The notes beneath the pieces were generated by a model. It saw only the letters and a program-made list of their open reading frames with translations, was not told the origin of the DNA and made no database searches. DNA of 53,529 nt, the filler included, from Sluysia triapertura (taxonomy: Eukaryota): assembly GCA_046118255.1 (NCBI GenBank). It is 3 parts of 3 records of this genome, joined end to end, with 100 filler letters (N's around TTAATTAATTAA, not from the genome) between each part and the next. Parts side by side here need not be neighbours in the genome. Positions count along the whole stretch, not along the records: positions 1 to 24,680 come from JBJNIA010186279.1; positions 24,781 to 37,187 come from JBJNIA010112533.1; 1 more part is not named here. One strand, given 5' to 3'. Of this stretch, positions 15,001 through 28,378 are shown in pieces (position 1 is the stretch's first letter; every line of letters starts with the position of its first letter). The position numbers and the translations under genes were made by a program.

Positions 15001-18000
15001 ATCCTAATTTCTACTGAAAGTATATGTATTTTTGCGCTGCAACGATATAATTTCTGAAAAATCTAACCTAAATGTTAAAATAATATGCAGTATCTATAAA
15101 TAATAGTTGTAAAATTAAAATGTAAAATAATAGTAGCATAATAATAATATAGTAGTATGGAAATAATAATAATAAAACGCAGTATCTATTATTATAAAAA
15201 GAAGTAATAATAATGCGAGGTATCTATAAGTACTATTATGTAAAATTATAAATAATAATCATAGCAGTATCGATATATGTAATGTTGCATGTATAGATTA
15301 ATATATTGGAATTAATTATAGAAAGTAATTAACAATGGAAGTCAATATGGAATTAAATTATTGGTAATAAAAATAAAAGGTGTTTTTCAGTGTTCAAAAA
15401 AGATAGAAATATAGGATTGTTTCATACAGATATTTGGAATGAATTTGTTTGATATGGATAGTTGTAATTTTAGAAATCTGTGATATAATTATTTCAGGTA
15501 AAATTTTTTTATATAAATATTTGGAATAACAGTATTAATAACATTAACTATGATATTCGGAATAATAGTCTGACTAACAATTCAAATAACACACGGGTAA
15601 CTTGTATAATATCTTAATAATTTCAATAAATAGCATAGTTTAAGTTTCATTGGTTAAATTACGAATAGGCTATTAAATTTAAATTGAATGTTTTGTTTTG
15701 TTTACTATTATAATTATAATTTTGATATTTCACTTTGTCAACGATAAATTTTAGTTTTGCCTTGTGAGACTAAGGGGAGAAATTATATTGAAGTAATAAA
15801 TCTAAAAATTTAAAGTTTTAATAAAGCACTTGCATCTCCTACATAAGACAAAAGTAGAATTCTGATTTCCAGATACAATTAATAAATAAAGTTAAATTAA
15901 AAAATTAATATTTTAACGTAAGAGTTGATAAACTAAAGTGATTTCATTAAAGAATAATTTCTAATTTACAACGATTTTTGAATCGCTGTAAATAAAGGTT
16001 TAATGAGTTGACACATAACACAAATAAAAGTAACAAGAAAAATATTACACAACTGTAAAGTTAAATATTGATAACTCTTACGCAGTCGAATTTTATTTTC
16101 AGCATAAATATTATGATCGATAAAAGTAAGAAAACAAAACATAATTTGAAAAATTCAAGGAAACTATCAAATAAAACGATGATAAATATTGATTTTTAAT
16201 GTTGCTAATTAATATTTAATTTAAATAACATTTTATTTAATAATGTGCTTTTTTAAACGAATTGATTTATATAAGAATGAATTTATATTTCCGAAATATT
16301 TAATGAAAATAAAGTTGCCAGAATTGAACAAATGTGATTAGATTTTTGCGTTAATTTTATTGAATGTGATTTCGAATTTTTATGAAGAAAATAACGAAGT
16401 GGTGGTATATTTTTATTATCTCAAATGAAATTTGTCAGGAAACGTTAATAAATTGTAATTAATGTAAATTTTATACCCAATTTAAACTATTCTGTTATAA
16501 AATTCATAAATTTGTTTATTAAGATGTGAAAAATAAATTCAAACAAATCGGGAGAATGGGTATGTATTATTTAAAAAAATATGGCTTGCGTATTTATTGT
16601 TATCATTTTAAAAATAGTGATTTAGAATATTATTAATTTTTTTATTAAATTGATTTTACATTAATGATGATTCTTTGATTAAAATGTTTATTGACAATTC
16701 CAACTAATTGAATGTACAATGCATATTTATGAAACGTTAGATTTTTGGTGGTGATAAATTAATGCATATGAGAATATTAAAATACTCTAAACACATAACT
16801 AATCAAAAATCGGACAATATATTAATCAAGTGATTTAGGGCATTAAAAATATTATATTTCTATTTAGAAATTGTGTGATTAGACTGAAATATTAAATTTA
16901 CAAGTTTCAAAATAAATTCTTATGCCTTAGTATATTTTACAAACAATAGTTGAATATTCTATACTATTGCAATATATTCATCAATATTGGCAAAATGGTC
17001 AACCACAACGTAATTATTAACAATTAAAAAGATTTAGGCAAAATTAATAAAATTATCAATTTATTAAATTAGTACTAAGTTAACTTAGGAAAATAAAAAA
17101 TTAAAACCATCTTAGATAACTAAAATGTAGAAAGAAATTGTCCACTGCAAAGTTAATATTATTTTCTTATCGCTTTTTCGTTACTTTTTTGATTTAGCAT
17201 TTTTCATTAGTTTATGACTTGATTCAGATGGGCTCGAATTAATTCGATTACATTAAGTAGCTAATATGAGACAAAATTATCTGTATTTTTATTTGAACTT
17301 AATGATCAATAAAAAAGTAAACAAATGTATTTATTTTTCGATGTTTTGATATTGATATAAAATAAAAAATTAAAATTTTAATTATTTAAATTTTTTATTG
17401 TTAAATTAATTCATAAAATAAAAATGTAGAAGTATAATTATTACATGATTTTAAAGATTTTTTTATTAATTTGGTCATTACAATTTTATGTTTTAATTAT
17501 GTAACCTTATTTAAAGAAAATAATTCTCATTTATATAATATAAACCTATTGATTTAATTTTAAGTTAATCTGTGAACAAATTTATTAAAGATTAAAATAT
17601 TTTTTAATTAATAAAGTGACTTTTCTAAATTAAGTTAATAATGATTACTAAAAGTAAATTTAATATAAAAATTTTATTAATTTGTGGTGCATATTTTAAT
17701 TTATGCTAAACATTAAACATTGGAATAAGTATTTATTGAAACATAAGTTTAATTAATATTTAAAAATAATAATAGGCTTTTGATAATAGAAGACGAAAAA
17801 ATATTACTCAAAATGCTAATCTATGGTTTTCTATCATTTCATTGTCAAATTAAACATAAGCGAATTTAATTTATATCTTATTTTTATATTAAGTTTGATA
17901 TAGGTGTTATTTATAAGTAAAATTATACTTCTAATTATGTTTAGAATATAAAGTGACTTTACTTAATCACAAATTTTGTTTGGTTTTTAAGCAATTGAAA

Positions 18001-19274
18001 TAATTTTCAATAAATTTTCAGAAGAAAGAGTTTCCAGCGAAACTGAAATATTACCATATTAAATTCAATTTTCAAAGTAATTAAATCGACGTTCGATTAT
18101 TATTTTGTATTTACAACAAAAACTTACATAAGTGAGTCATTTAGGTTATTAGATTTTAATGAATTACGAATATTTAATGTGTGCCTATATGTTCTGCGTC
18201 TCGATAGTTGTTTCTGGTGACCGTTACTGGCCAATCAGAATTATCACTTTTTAATTATGTGCTATGCAAATTACATAATTACATGCTACATTACCAATTA
18301 TTAAAAAATTGTTTATATGCAAATTTAAAATTAGCTTATGAATCAAACTATTAAACTAAGTTAGCCATATAAATTTTAGTGAAAAATAATTTTATATAAT
18401 GCTGTGTATAACATTATATATATGCTAAAGGAGTTCTATCAGATGCCTTTTGTACTTATTTATCCTTAATTTCTATATTTGCAAGCTCCTTTATTTAAAA
18501 CTAACTCACGAAATTATCTCTAGTATCCAATTTTCACTCTATTGAGTGACGTTTCTCAGGGATTGTGATTTAAATCTTTGTAACTCAAATGCTTATTCAG
18601 TTTATGATTCTCTGAAGGTTTGATTAAATTTTTTATGAGTTTTCTACTTTTTCATTAACTACTTAAAGGTAAATATACTTATATTTACACCTACCTACAT
18701 ATCACATAAATCATAACATCCAAATACACAAATTTCATCACAAAAAATTATATGGCAAGTTTTGTCCATATCATTAACAACATCCCATCACACAGATGCA
18801 TAATAAAACCCTTTTTACTAACATTTTCGATCAAAACAAAACACTCGTTATCATCCTATCATCATTACTACACAACACTTTCCTCGTGTCTTGCAGTTTT
18901 CATTTTTTATTTTTCTTGTAATTTTAGAAGTGTATAATTGTAGTATTTTATATTTACGCATAGCCATATAAAATTATGTCCTTATGTATAATATTTAATT
19001 TTTCGGCCGACATGTCCATCTATTATCCTGGAATTCACTATAAAAAAATTAACAATCATAGTAATCGATTTCAACGCATTTATATTACTTATAAATTGGT
19101 TTAACTGTTCCTTTTAGCGTTTAAAGCCTTGTTAGTTACGCGAAGTCCACTATTTCTTATTCACAATACTCCTTTCCAGGTTTCTTTTTTTCAACAACGT
19201 GAAACTTTTAGCAGAATTACTGAAAATATTTCGGAGAACTAAAAGAGAGTTTAGAAAAGTTTAAGAAACCAAGA

Positions 19275-20215
19275 AAAGACGTTACATATTTAAATAAAAT
19301 TAGAGAAACGTATGAATAAATGGAAAAGCAAATTCCACCAGATACTGTTCATAAAGTTTTTAAATATTTAGTCATTAGTATGAATGGAAAAGTCTAATAC
19401 GGAACATGATTTGCGATATTCGATGTGGCAGCTAACTTGTATACAAATGATAACGATATGAATTGTGATGCGGATTCATTTTCAAGTATTCTTAAATCAC
19501 AACGTTATTCTTATCGTAGTCTCAATTTCGGGTCTGAACACTTAAAATTAAAAATTATCCAATGGTTATCAAACCCAACGCATTATTTACTGGGTAATAA
19601 AAATAATTTTGAAGTTAAATTACAAAAATTAAATAGCTACGAACCAAATCAAATTGAGAAAAATGAATTAGAATCTTTAACTGAAACATTTATATCAAAA
19701 AATTATCCATTGTGTATCGATTATATAATATTAGCAATATTCAGTTAAAAATAATTATAAATAATGAATTTTAAAATTTAGCAAAATATTTGAACTGAAT
19801 TTAAACGGCTAATGGAAATTATATAAAGTTTGACAGCATTTTCAATTAAAATCATTTGTTTGAAAATTACTATTTTTCAAAAATTAATGACCAAATTATG
19901 TACCTGAAGAAATCAAGCAAGAGTTAATTATGGTAAACAGATTTCGCAACAACAGTTAGTTTTTCAAAAATTAATGATGAAAACAAGCAAATTAAGGAGA
20001 AATCAAGCAAAAATTTCATGACTGCAGGCGATGAGGAAATGTATGATAACTGGCCAAGTCACGTTGGGCGACTCACTTTGAGTCTTGATGTAAACGATGT
20101 GTCTAAAACTTTACAAACAATTTATTGTCAATGTATCGATAAAGCAAAGTGTTTCTTAGTCAACAATGTTATATGTCATGTCGAAGACTTAGAATTCGAA
20201 TTTTATGAAATTTAA
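19275..20215 (+). pseudogene. Decayed intronless ORF of unknown function
   Basis: One frame runs from about 19275 through ORF 19425-19748 with a few point stops, and further fragments extend to 20215. A C/A-rich tract at about 18690-18900 precedes it. Confidence 0.35.
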
Positions 20216-20725
20216 AGATTGGATTAAGGTAATTGTATGAAAATTTTACATTTTATCCTTTTATTTAATTTATACAGTGCACAATGTGTCTAAAACTTTA
20301 AAAACAAATTATTGTCAATGTATCCATAAAGCAAAGTGTTTCTTATTCAACGATGTTATATGTCATGTCGAAGACATAGAATTTGAATTTTACGTTTTTA
20401 TGAAATTTAAAGATTTGATTAAAGTAACTGTAAGAAAATTTTATTTTTATCCTTTTATATGTTTTATACAGTAAACGATGTGTCCAAAACTCTAAAACAA
20501 ATTATTGTCAATGTATCCATAAAGTAAAGTGTTACTTAGTCAACAATGTTACGTGTGACGTCGAAGACATAGAATTTGAATTTTATGTTTCTATGAAATT
20601 TAAAGATTTGATTAAATTAATTACACGAAAATTATTTTATCTCTTTATGTATTTTACACAATAACCGATGTATTTAAAAGTCGAAAGACAAGTTATTGTC
20701 AATACATTCATAATATAAAGTACCT
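20090..20725 (+). repeat. Tandem repeat, about 3.3 copies of a 187-194 bp unit
   Basis: Units start at 20090, 20277, 20471 and 20661 (GTAAACGATGTGTCTAAAACT...ATTGTCAATGTATC...GTCGAAGAC...). Confidence 0.93.
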
Positions 20726-20764
20726 GTATGAATTTTATAATTATTTCTATTTTTATAATGCCTA

Positions 20765-22030
20765 TCGCGTAAAAGATTGTTCTGTCTCCCATCTTACAAA
20801 GATTTGCTTTGTCATAACAGGCTTTTTCCTAAAGAAACCGAACACTAGGTCCATCCTGGGTAGAATCTGCAAGAATGTAATTTGGGTCCGCCGCCTAGGC
20901 CTACGTGTCACTCTACAATAATTGTTTGCAAATAGCCGGTTGATTTATTCGGGCAATTTTTATTCTTGAGTTTGGACATTTAACAAGGACTAAAAATGGT
21001 ATAATTATTAAAGATAATTTTACAGATTCCGATGTGGTTGAAATTGTAGGTAATTTGTAATTTTTTAATAGTTTCATCTGCTTCTGGATGTTCGTTTGTT
21101 TTCAAGGTAAAGGTGAAGTTTTGAACGGTTAGTTGGTGTTTTTTATAAATTGGGTTTAAGTTGGTTATAGATATATTATACATTCGATTAGGTCGTTACT
21201 GTTTAAAATTAACCAGTATTTTTGAATAAGGTATATTATTTGTTGTATATGTATAATATTCTCTTGAAATACTTATTCTCAAGGATAGGATTGATTGAAG
21301 ATCCGCATATATTGTTATTTTATGTGTTTGCAAGGAAAATGATAAATCCGAAATCCAATTTTGTGAATAAACATGTTATCATGGCTAATAACACGAATGT
21401 TTGTAAATGCAATCTTCTCATGTTACTATAAGTGAGTGACGGATTGTTTGCATATGGTGGGGGTATTATATTATTCATTGATTCTTCATAAGGCGGTGGC
21501 CTTTGTCTTTGTAAATTGTAGAATTTCCAAATCTTTCGTAAGATTAACAAAAGAATTAATGCAAGTGTCATTAAAAAAGAAATGGGATTATTAGCATTAA
21601 GGTAAATAATGATTCGTGTAATACTACTGAGGTAATGGTTGTATTTAAGTCTTCATTTGGGAACTGTAATATCCACGTATGGGAGTTTCTTACCACATTA
21701 GAATAACAAGTTCTAGCCTTATAATCCGAACATTTCCTTGAAAAATGCAATTAAATGAATTATATTGGTAATAAATGAACAATGGTGTCGGTCGCAAGAT
21801 GGTTTGCAATAAAGTAATACACTATAAGTGTTATTTTTAAGGTATACTGAAAGTGTATAATTATTTCTTTCGAATTTTACAGGAAATTTCTCATAATTTT
21901 CTGTCTTAACTAGATTGCTCCAAATTATACTAAATAATAAAATTATTAAGATGTTCCTTAATCCGTTTACATTAAAGTAGCTTATTGTTTTTCTTGATTG
22001 AATTAGACATATTTTATTCTTTGTCTTAGA
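20765..22030 (-). pseudogene. env-like membrane glycoprotein region fused downstream of gypsy integrase
   Basis: Signal-like segment, Cys/N-glycan ectodomain, TM helix, tail with two PPPY motifs, second signal-like segment, second Cys/N-glycan-rich ectodomain. Broken by frameshifts and stops. Confidence 0.6.
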
Positions 22031-24680
22031 ACGAAGATTGTATGGCGATTCTTTCACTGCTATTTTATATCAATTTTCATGAACAATTTTTGTTTTCTTT
22101 GAACTTTTATTCGTGACTTCTAAATTAGTATGAGTTACATTAATAACTTCATATGATCCTTTAAATGGTCTATTTAATTTGGATGTTTGTCCATTTGAAA
22201 TTGCTGAATCATAAATTAAAACTTGACTACCAACTCTAAATTTATGAGGTTTAGCCTTTTGTCATAGTATTCTTTCATATTCTCTTGGTTGTGTTTAATA
22301 TTTAAACCAGCTCTATTCCAAGCATCATTTAATCTGGCTTTTACAGTTGACATATAATCTGGTGTATCCATATATTGTGATTGGGATCCTGACCAATCTA
22401 AATCAATTGGAATATTGGTATGTCTGCCATACATTAGATAACAAGGTGTTTATTTTGTTGTTGTATGAATAGTATTTCTGTAAGCAAATAGACATGGTTT
22501 AATATATAAGTCCCAATCTGTTTGTTTAGAATTTACATAATATTGTAGCATATTTACTAGTGTTTTATTAAATCTTTCTACTAATCCATCCGTTTGTGGA
22601 TGATATGGTGAAGTGTATATTCTAATAATTCCAAAGAAATTTGTAACAGCCGCTAGTGTTTTACTTACAAAATTTTTACCTCGATCGATATATTATTTCT
22701 TCTACAAATAATTGCGCTACCGTTTCTGCTTTCTGATCTTGCATCGGAAAAGCTTCTGGCCATCTTGTTTGGTAATCTGCGAATACAAGTATATATTTAT
22801 TTCCTCTAGATGTGACTGGTAATGGTCCTAGTATGTCCATCGCTGTACTTTCCATAGGACTTGTTGGTATTGGCATTGGTTGTAATGGTGTTTTTTTTTG
22901 ATCCTGTATTTTTTCTTGTTGTGCATATCTGACATGTATTGCACCATCCTTTTACATCTTTACATAAGGTTTTCCAATAATATTTTTAATGTTTTACCAG
23001 AAGATAAATGTCCTCCTAGATGTCCATCATAGTATTGTATCATTAAAGCAACTTTTCTTTTTCTGGTACTACGATTCGTAATCCATCTTTAGTTACATAT
23101 TTTAATAAACTGTTTTCCAATTTCCATTAAGCAGCTAATTCGTTTGTTATTTCGTTACCTATGATAAGATCGATTATAAGTTTTAATTCAGGGTCCTCTC
23201 TTTGGGCTTGTGCCATTGATTTTTCGTTTTTACTAAGATCTATCATCATTGCACTTATTTCACCTTTTTCATTAACGTTTTCTAATTTTGACATAAAATC
23301 TGCATTTTTATTATAAACTCCTTTTCTATAAGTTATTTCAATACCATATTCGGCTAATGTTAGACTCCATCTAGCTAATCTTACTGTTACGTTTCGAATA
23401 TCTCTCAAATACATTAGTCGTTTGTGATCAGTATATAAATATACTTTGTGTCCTAATAAATATTGTCTGAATTGTTTTAGTGCATAAATAATTGCTAAAC
23501 ATTCCTTCTCTATAACTGAATATCGTGTTTCACATGAATTTAATCTTCGACTTCCATCTTTATCCTTTTGTCTTAATATTGCTCCTATTGCAAAATCGCT
23601 CGCATCTGTCATAAGTATGAATGGTTTCTCCATGTTTGGAAATAGGTGCTGTTATAAGTGCTGTTTTTAATGTTTGAAAAGCATTTTCTTGAGTCTCTGT
23701 CCAAATAAAATTTTTTATTAGTTTACCTTTTTCTTTTACATCCTTATATTCCTTTTTTGTAAGTTCTGTTAATGGTTTAGCTATTGTCGCAAAATTCTTT
23801 ATAAATTTTCTTTAATAATTTGCCAATCCTAAAAAAGCTTTATCTTCTACTTGTTTTATAGGAGTTGGAAATAATTTAACCTTTTCTATCTTTTTTGGAT
23901 CTGGTGATATTCCATGTTATGACACTACATGTCCTAAAAATATAACTTCTTCTTTAGCCCATCGCATTTATTTTTAATTTGGCATTTTCTAAACGAATAA
24001 ATACTTCTTCTATATCTCATAAATGACTTTCAAAATCTATAGAATATATAATTATATCATCTATATATACCATTGTATGTTAACATCCTGCTAATACAAA
24101 ATTCATAGATCGTTGAAATGTAGCAGGGGCTCCTGTTAATCCAAAAGGCATCTTTTCACATTCAAATAATCCTTCTTCTGCAGAAAATGCATTTTTATGT
24201 TTATCTTCTGATATTGCTATTTGCCAGTATCCACTTTGTAAATCCAATGTTGTGAAATATTTCGATTTTCCAAGTTTATTAAGCATATCATGTATTCTTG
24301 GTAAAGGATATTCATCTTTTATTGTCACTTCATTTAATTTTCGAAAGTCAATACAAAATCTCATTGATCCATCCTTTTTTTAACTAATAATACTGGAGCC
24401 GAATACGGTGAAAAACTAGGACGTATTACTCCAGCCTTTTTCATTGTTTCGATTTGTTCTTTCATTATTTCTGTATGATGAAACGGTATTGGATATGGTC
24501 TTAATTTAACAGGTTTATCTGTAGTTAATGGAATTTTGTGTTTAATGACTGTAGCACTACCTATGTCATATGGATTTTTTGATAATACTTGCGGATATTT
24601 ATGTAAAAGCTGTTTCAATTGTATTTTTTCTGTTGCAGATAAATTATCATTATCAATTATAACTTCTTTATAGTCTTCTG
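22031..24680 (-). mobile_element. pol: Degenerate Ty3/Gypsy LTR retrotransposon pol (RT-RNase H-integrase)
   Basis: RT: SPYSAPVLLVKK, RFCIDFRKLN, LDLQSGYWQI, MPFGLTGAPATFQR, YIDD. RNase H: TDAS, YSVIEKECLAI, TDHK, NKNAD. Integrase: H2C2 finger, DILGP, SPYHPQTDGLVERFNKTL, GPY/F-like FKGSYEV. Many frameshifts. The 5' part is lost in the gap and no LTR is seen. Confidence 0.96.
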
Positions 24681-24780
24681 NNNNNNNNNNNNNNNNNNNN
24701 NNNNNNNNNNNNNNNNNNNNNNNNTTAATTAATTAANNNNNNNNNNNNNNNNNNNNNNNNNNNNNNNNNNNNNNNNNNNN
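24681..24780. other. Artificial assembly join (N44 + six-frame-stop linker TTAATTAATTAA + N44)
   Basis: Exact symmetric 100-bp spacer, identical to the one at 37188. Confidence 0.95.
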
Positions 24781-24833
<53 letters not shown>

Positions 24834-24856
24834 TACTACTACTACTACTACTACTA
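24781..24856. repeat. (ATT)n(ACT)n compound microsatellite
   Basis: Visible run at the contig edge. Confidence 0.95.
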
Positions 24857-25806
24857 TATTCAAATGTGAATATTCAGAATGGTTCAAATTAAGTAAAAGC
24901 AGTGTCAAAAGACCATCATTATAGATTGGGTGAAACAAGAAACAAAAATGATAAAACAAGAGTAGGTCTATTAGATAAGGGGTATAAATATAAAGATAAG
25001 AAGTAAATTCCTTTACCAGGCCTTCATTTATACATTCATTCTACAATATCAGAATGTGTAATTTTAAAATAAATTGTACTACGTCAATGAAACAGATTAC
25101 AAATGAGAAATGAAGAAAGAAATATACAGAAAAAGATATTTATATGAAGAATGAAATAAAATAAATCGATATTATAAATGGCAAATAAATAATTACACAC
25201 GGATTCTTATTTTTATTGGTATTTGTAAGTGTCTCATAATAAACTTTAATAAATTTGAGTCTTCTCATTTGAGTCTTCTTCTTCAAATTAATTCATCTAT
25301 TTACATTTGCAGCTGTACCATAAGATACGAGTCACAATCAAAATTAATTACTGTTAATGTGACAAAAACAATTACAACTGTGTTAAACGCTCGCAGAATT
25401 GTGAAAATTCACATTAGATGAATATGCCCGCTCTAATTCCGTAAATAATTGTGATAAAAATTTATTATTTATTACTATAAAATAAAAATACTTTATAATA
25501 TTATATAATTTGTGTTTATATCTATATTCAATAACTTATTAATATCAAAATTATTCGAAAATTTCATAAAAATCTCAAACTACAATCCCTTTTAATTTTT
25601 ATCTTCATATTTGATATTGTCAGTACTTTAACTCGTCTCTGTGTGTTGAGGCGGAAATGAAAATTATTCAAGCTCAATAACACTTTAAACTAGATTTGAT
25701 GTTGTTAAGGTAAGAACAGTTGCAGCAACCACACGTAACAGTTTACAATTGTGCTTGATTAACTTATTTTATTGGATGTATGAAAATTGAAGTTAAAGAA
25801 GTGATA

Positions 25807-25883
25807 GAATAAAAACTAAAGCTGTGATATCGTTAGTTCACCAACGTACTGGACTTACCAGCAAGGGCCAGCCGTTGGAATTT
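25807..25883. repeat. Conserved dispersed motif, copy 1 (GAATAAA...GTTAGTTCACCAAC...GACTTACCAG...CAGCCGTTGGA)
   Basis: Similar to copies at 27011-27081 and 37309-37376. Confidence 0.7.
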
Positions 25884-27010
25884 ACAAAATGAGAAAGGTA
25901 GTTAAAGTCTTGAACGTTCAATAATTTTAGAACTATATATCTTAAATGCCTGGATGTTATTCTTACTGTGTCTTGTCTTATCAATTTAAAAGTTATTTTG
26001 CACAATCATATAGCCAGGATTCTTTATAATCTAAATTATCTTTCAATTATTGATTTTTTCTTTTTAATTATATCAATAATCAATGCTGTTTTTTAAGAAA
26101 AATTTATTATACACAAAAGAAAAAACTGAAATACAATGGATAGGATAAAATAATAATATATTTTACACGAATTACTGACTGTAATTCTGATTTATTGAGA
26201 TTTTAAAAGTGAATTTTCAGTGATCTATTGCAAGATCACAAAAGTTGATTAATAAAAGAATTTAAGTATATTTTTCACCGATATTTTAAAAAATCCTACC
26301 TTAGATAAAACAAACTAACATTTACAAATGAAAATTATTCGAGTCAATATGCGAAAAATTGTTTATCCAACGATTGCGTGAGGATTGAATTTAAAATTGT
26401 GAAACAAATGAATTTGAAAATTGTGTCAAATGTGTTAATATTTATATTTTTTCGCATATTAACCTAGAAGGTTAATTTAAACAAATTAAAATTCAATTAT
26501 TTAAAAAAAATTATTTATTAAAATAAAAGTTTAATTTAAATAAATTAAAATTAAAACTCACTATTGATATAAATAAATTTCCAAATTAATAGATCATAAA
26601 ATAAATCCAAATATTAATAAAATAACTATAATCAATATTAATAAAATTAATAAGATTCAAGGTGTTTACAATAAAATCAATAATATTGTTATCGACGCGC
26701 ATATAGGCAATGACAATGCAGTCGCTGTCCATTAACGTGTTAATAGATGATCAATTTATTTGTATTATTTGATTATTCTATATTTTAATTTATATCTTGT
26801 AATTGTTTAACAGCTTATTTATTTTAATTAATTTTGTTGTATTTCACCCTGATAAAATAATTACAGATACCACGACAAGGCTCAAATGATAATACCTTGT
26901 AATATCCCGAAATCAAATATAGCAGTGTAGTTAAAAACAATACAATGCATACCATGTTGCAAATCTGCTGATAATAATTATTGCGAATAATTTTTTTTCT
27001 CTTGTCTTAT

Positions 27011-27081
27011 GAATAAAGAACATATATAGTGAGTTCACCAACCTATCTAGACTTACCAGTTATGGCTAGCTTTTGGATTTT
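27011..27081. repeat. Conserved dispersed motif, copy 2
   Basis: GAATAAA...GTGAGTTCACCAACCTATCTAGACTTACCAGTTATGGCTAGC...TTGGATTT. Confidence 0.7.
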
Positions 27082-28378
27082 AAAACTATAAATTTTATTA
27101 TGATTAATAATAAGACAAATTTTATCACTTAAATGTATTATTAACAGAATTATGCTACAACGGAATTAATATAATAGATAATAAATTACAAAATTAACTG
27201 TTCTGAGTTAATGTAATAAACAGTGATTTGAACAAATATTTTGCGTTAAAACTTTTGAATAGTTCTACAATTATCAAAATTAACGATTTTAAGTCAAACA
27301 TTATGTTGTACCTATTAAGTACGGCCTTAATTAAAAATAAATTAATTGTTCAAGAGTCGGTTCCTTCGGATTATAATATCAATCCACCAAATTTTGCACC
27401 AAGAGTAATTGTCAAAATTGTCGTAAAAACGTATTGTATTATGAAAATTATTGTAAATGTTACGTTATTTTATAATAGTTCTAGAAATGACCTTGACATT
27501 AATTTTAATAATTTAAACCAAGTAAAAATAACAAAAAATGTTAACAAAATTTTTTTTAATCCAAATAAATTACTTTAAAACTTCTAAAAATGAGTGAGTT
27601 CGCATGTGATCAGATATTTACGCAATTAAGGGTTCGTCCACAGGATTTAGGTACCATTAACTACGTAAAAATTTATTGCTTAATCAGTGTATAATTTCTA
27701 CATAACAACCTTGGTGAATAACTCAATTGAATAACTTTATGTCCTCGTAATAATGAGGTTTGGTTTATGATTTTATAATCCTGTATTAAAAAGGATCTGA
27801 AAATGATAAGTTTATTACCGTAACTAAACCGGTGTTGAAAAAACAATTAACTAGTGATTAAGACTACATACATTATTTGCCTTCTGTAGATTTGTCTTCA
27901 TAAATTATAGAATTATATATTGTAAAATTATTGTTATTTCTTTTATTGTTATAGTGTTTATTACTTGACTTATAAAAGTTTTTATTCATATGTAAATAAA
28001 CTTTATTACAAAACTAGTGCTTAAGGTACTCGAACATTTTGTTACGAAAGAAAATTTTAATGCAAAAATAATACGAAAGTTCTTTATTCAATATAAGTAA
28101 CATAAATTTTACAATAATTGATGACACATATGTATAACAGACGAATCTAAATATATAATACTTACATTTATTAAGGATAATAACTATATAACCAGAACTC
28201 AGATGGTTATGTGAACTCATCCCATATTTTTCAATAATATAAGTTCCATAATAAGATTTTGAACATAAAAGTAGTTGAAATAATGGAATTTACAAACATA
28301 CTTGATACTGTAAAAAATCTTATAGCACAAAAGATATTTTGAAACAACATAAACCCCTCCACAAAACCTTGAAACAAA

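Noticed and set aside
10400-18600. Further PIP5K1 exons or other genes
   Set aside because: Only AT-rich low-complexity sequence and short chance ORFs; no recognisable motifs.
20090-20725. CRISPR-like array or symmetric exon duplication
   Set aside because: Units are full-length repeats with no unique spacers and no cas genes in a eukaryotic context. The putative donor and acceptor phases do not match.
24725-24736. TTAATTAATTAA palindrome as a biological site
   Set aside because: It is centred in symmetric N runs and repeated identically, so it is an assembly linker.
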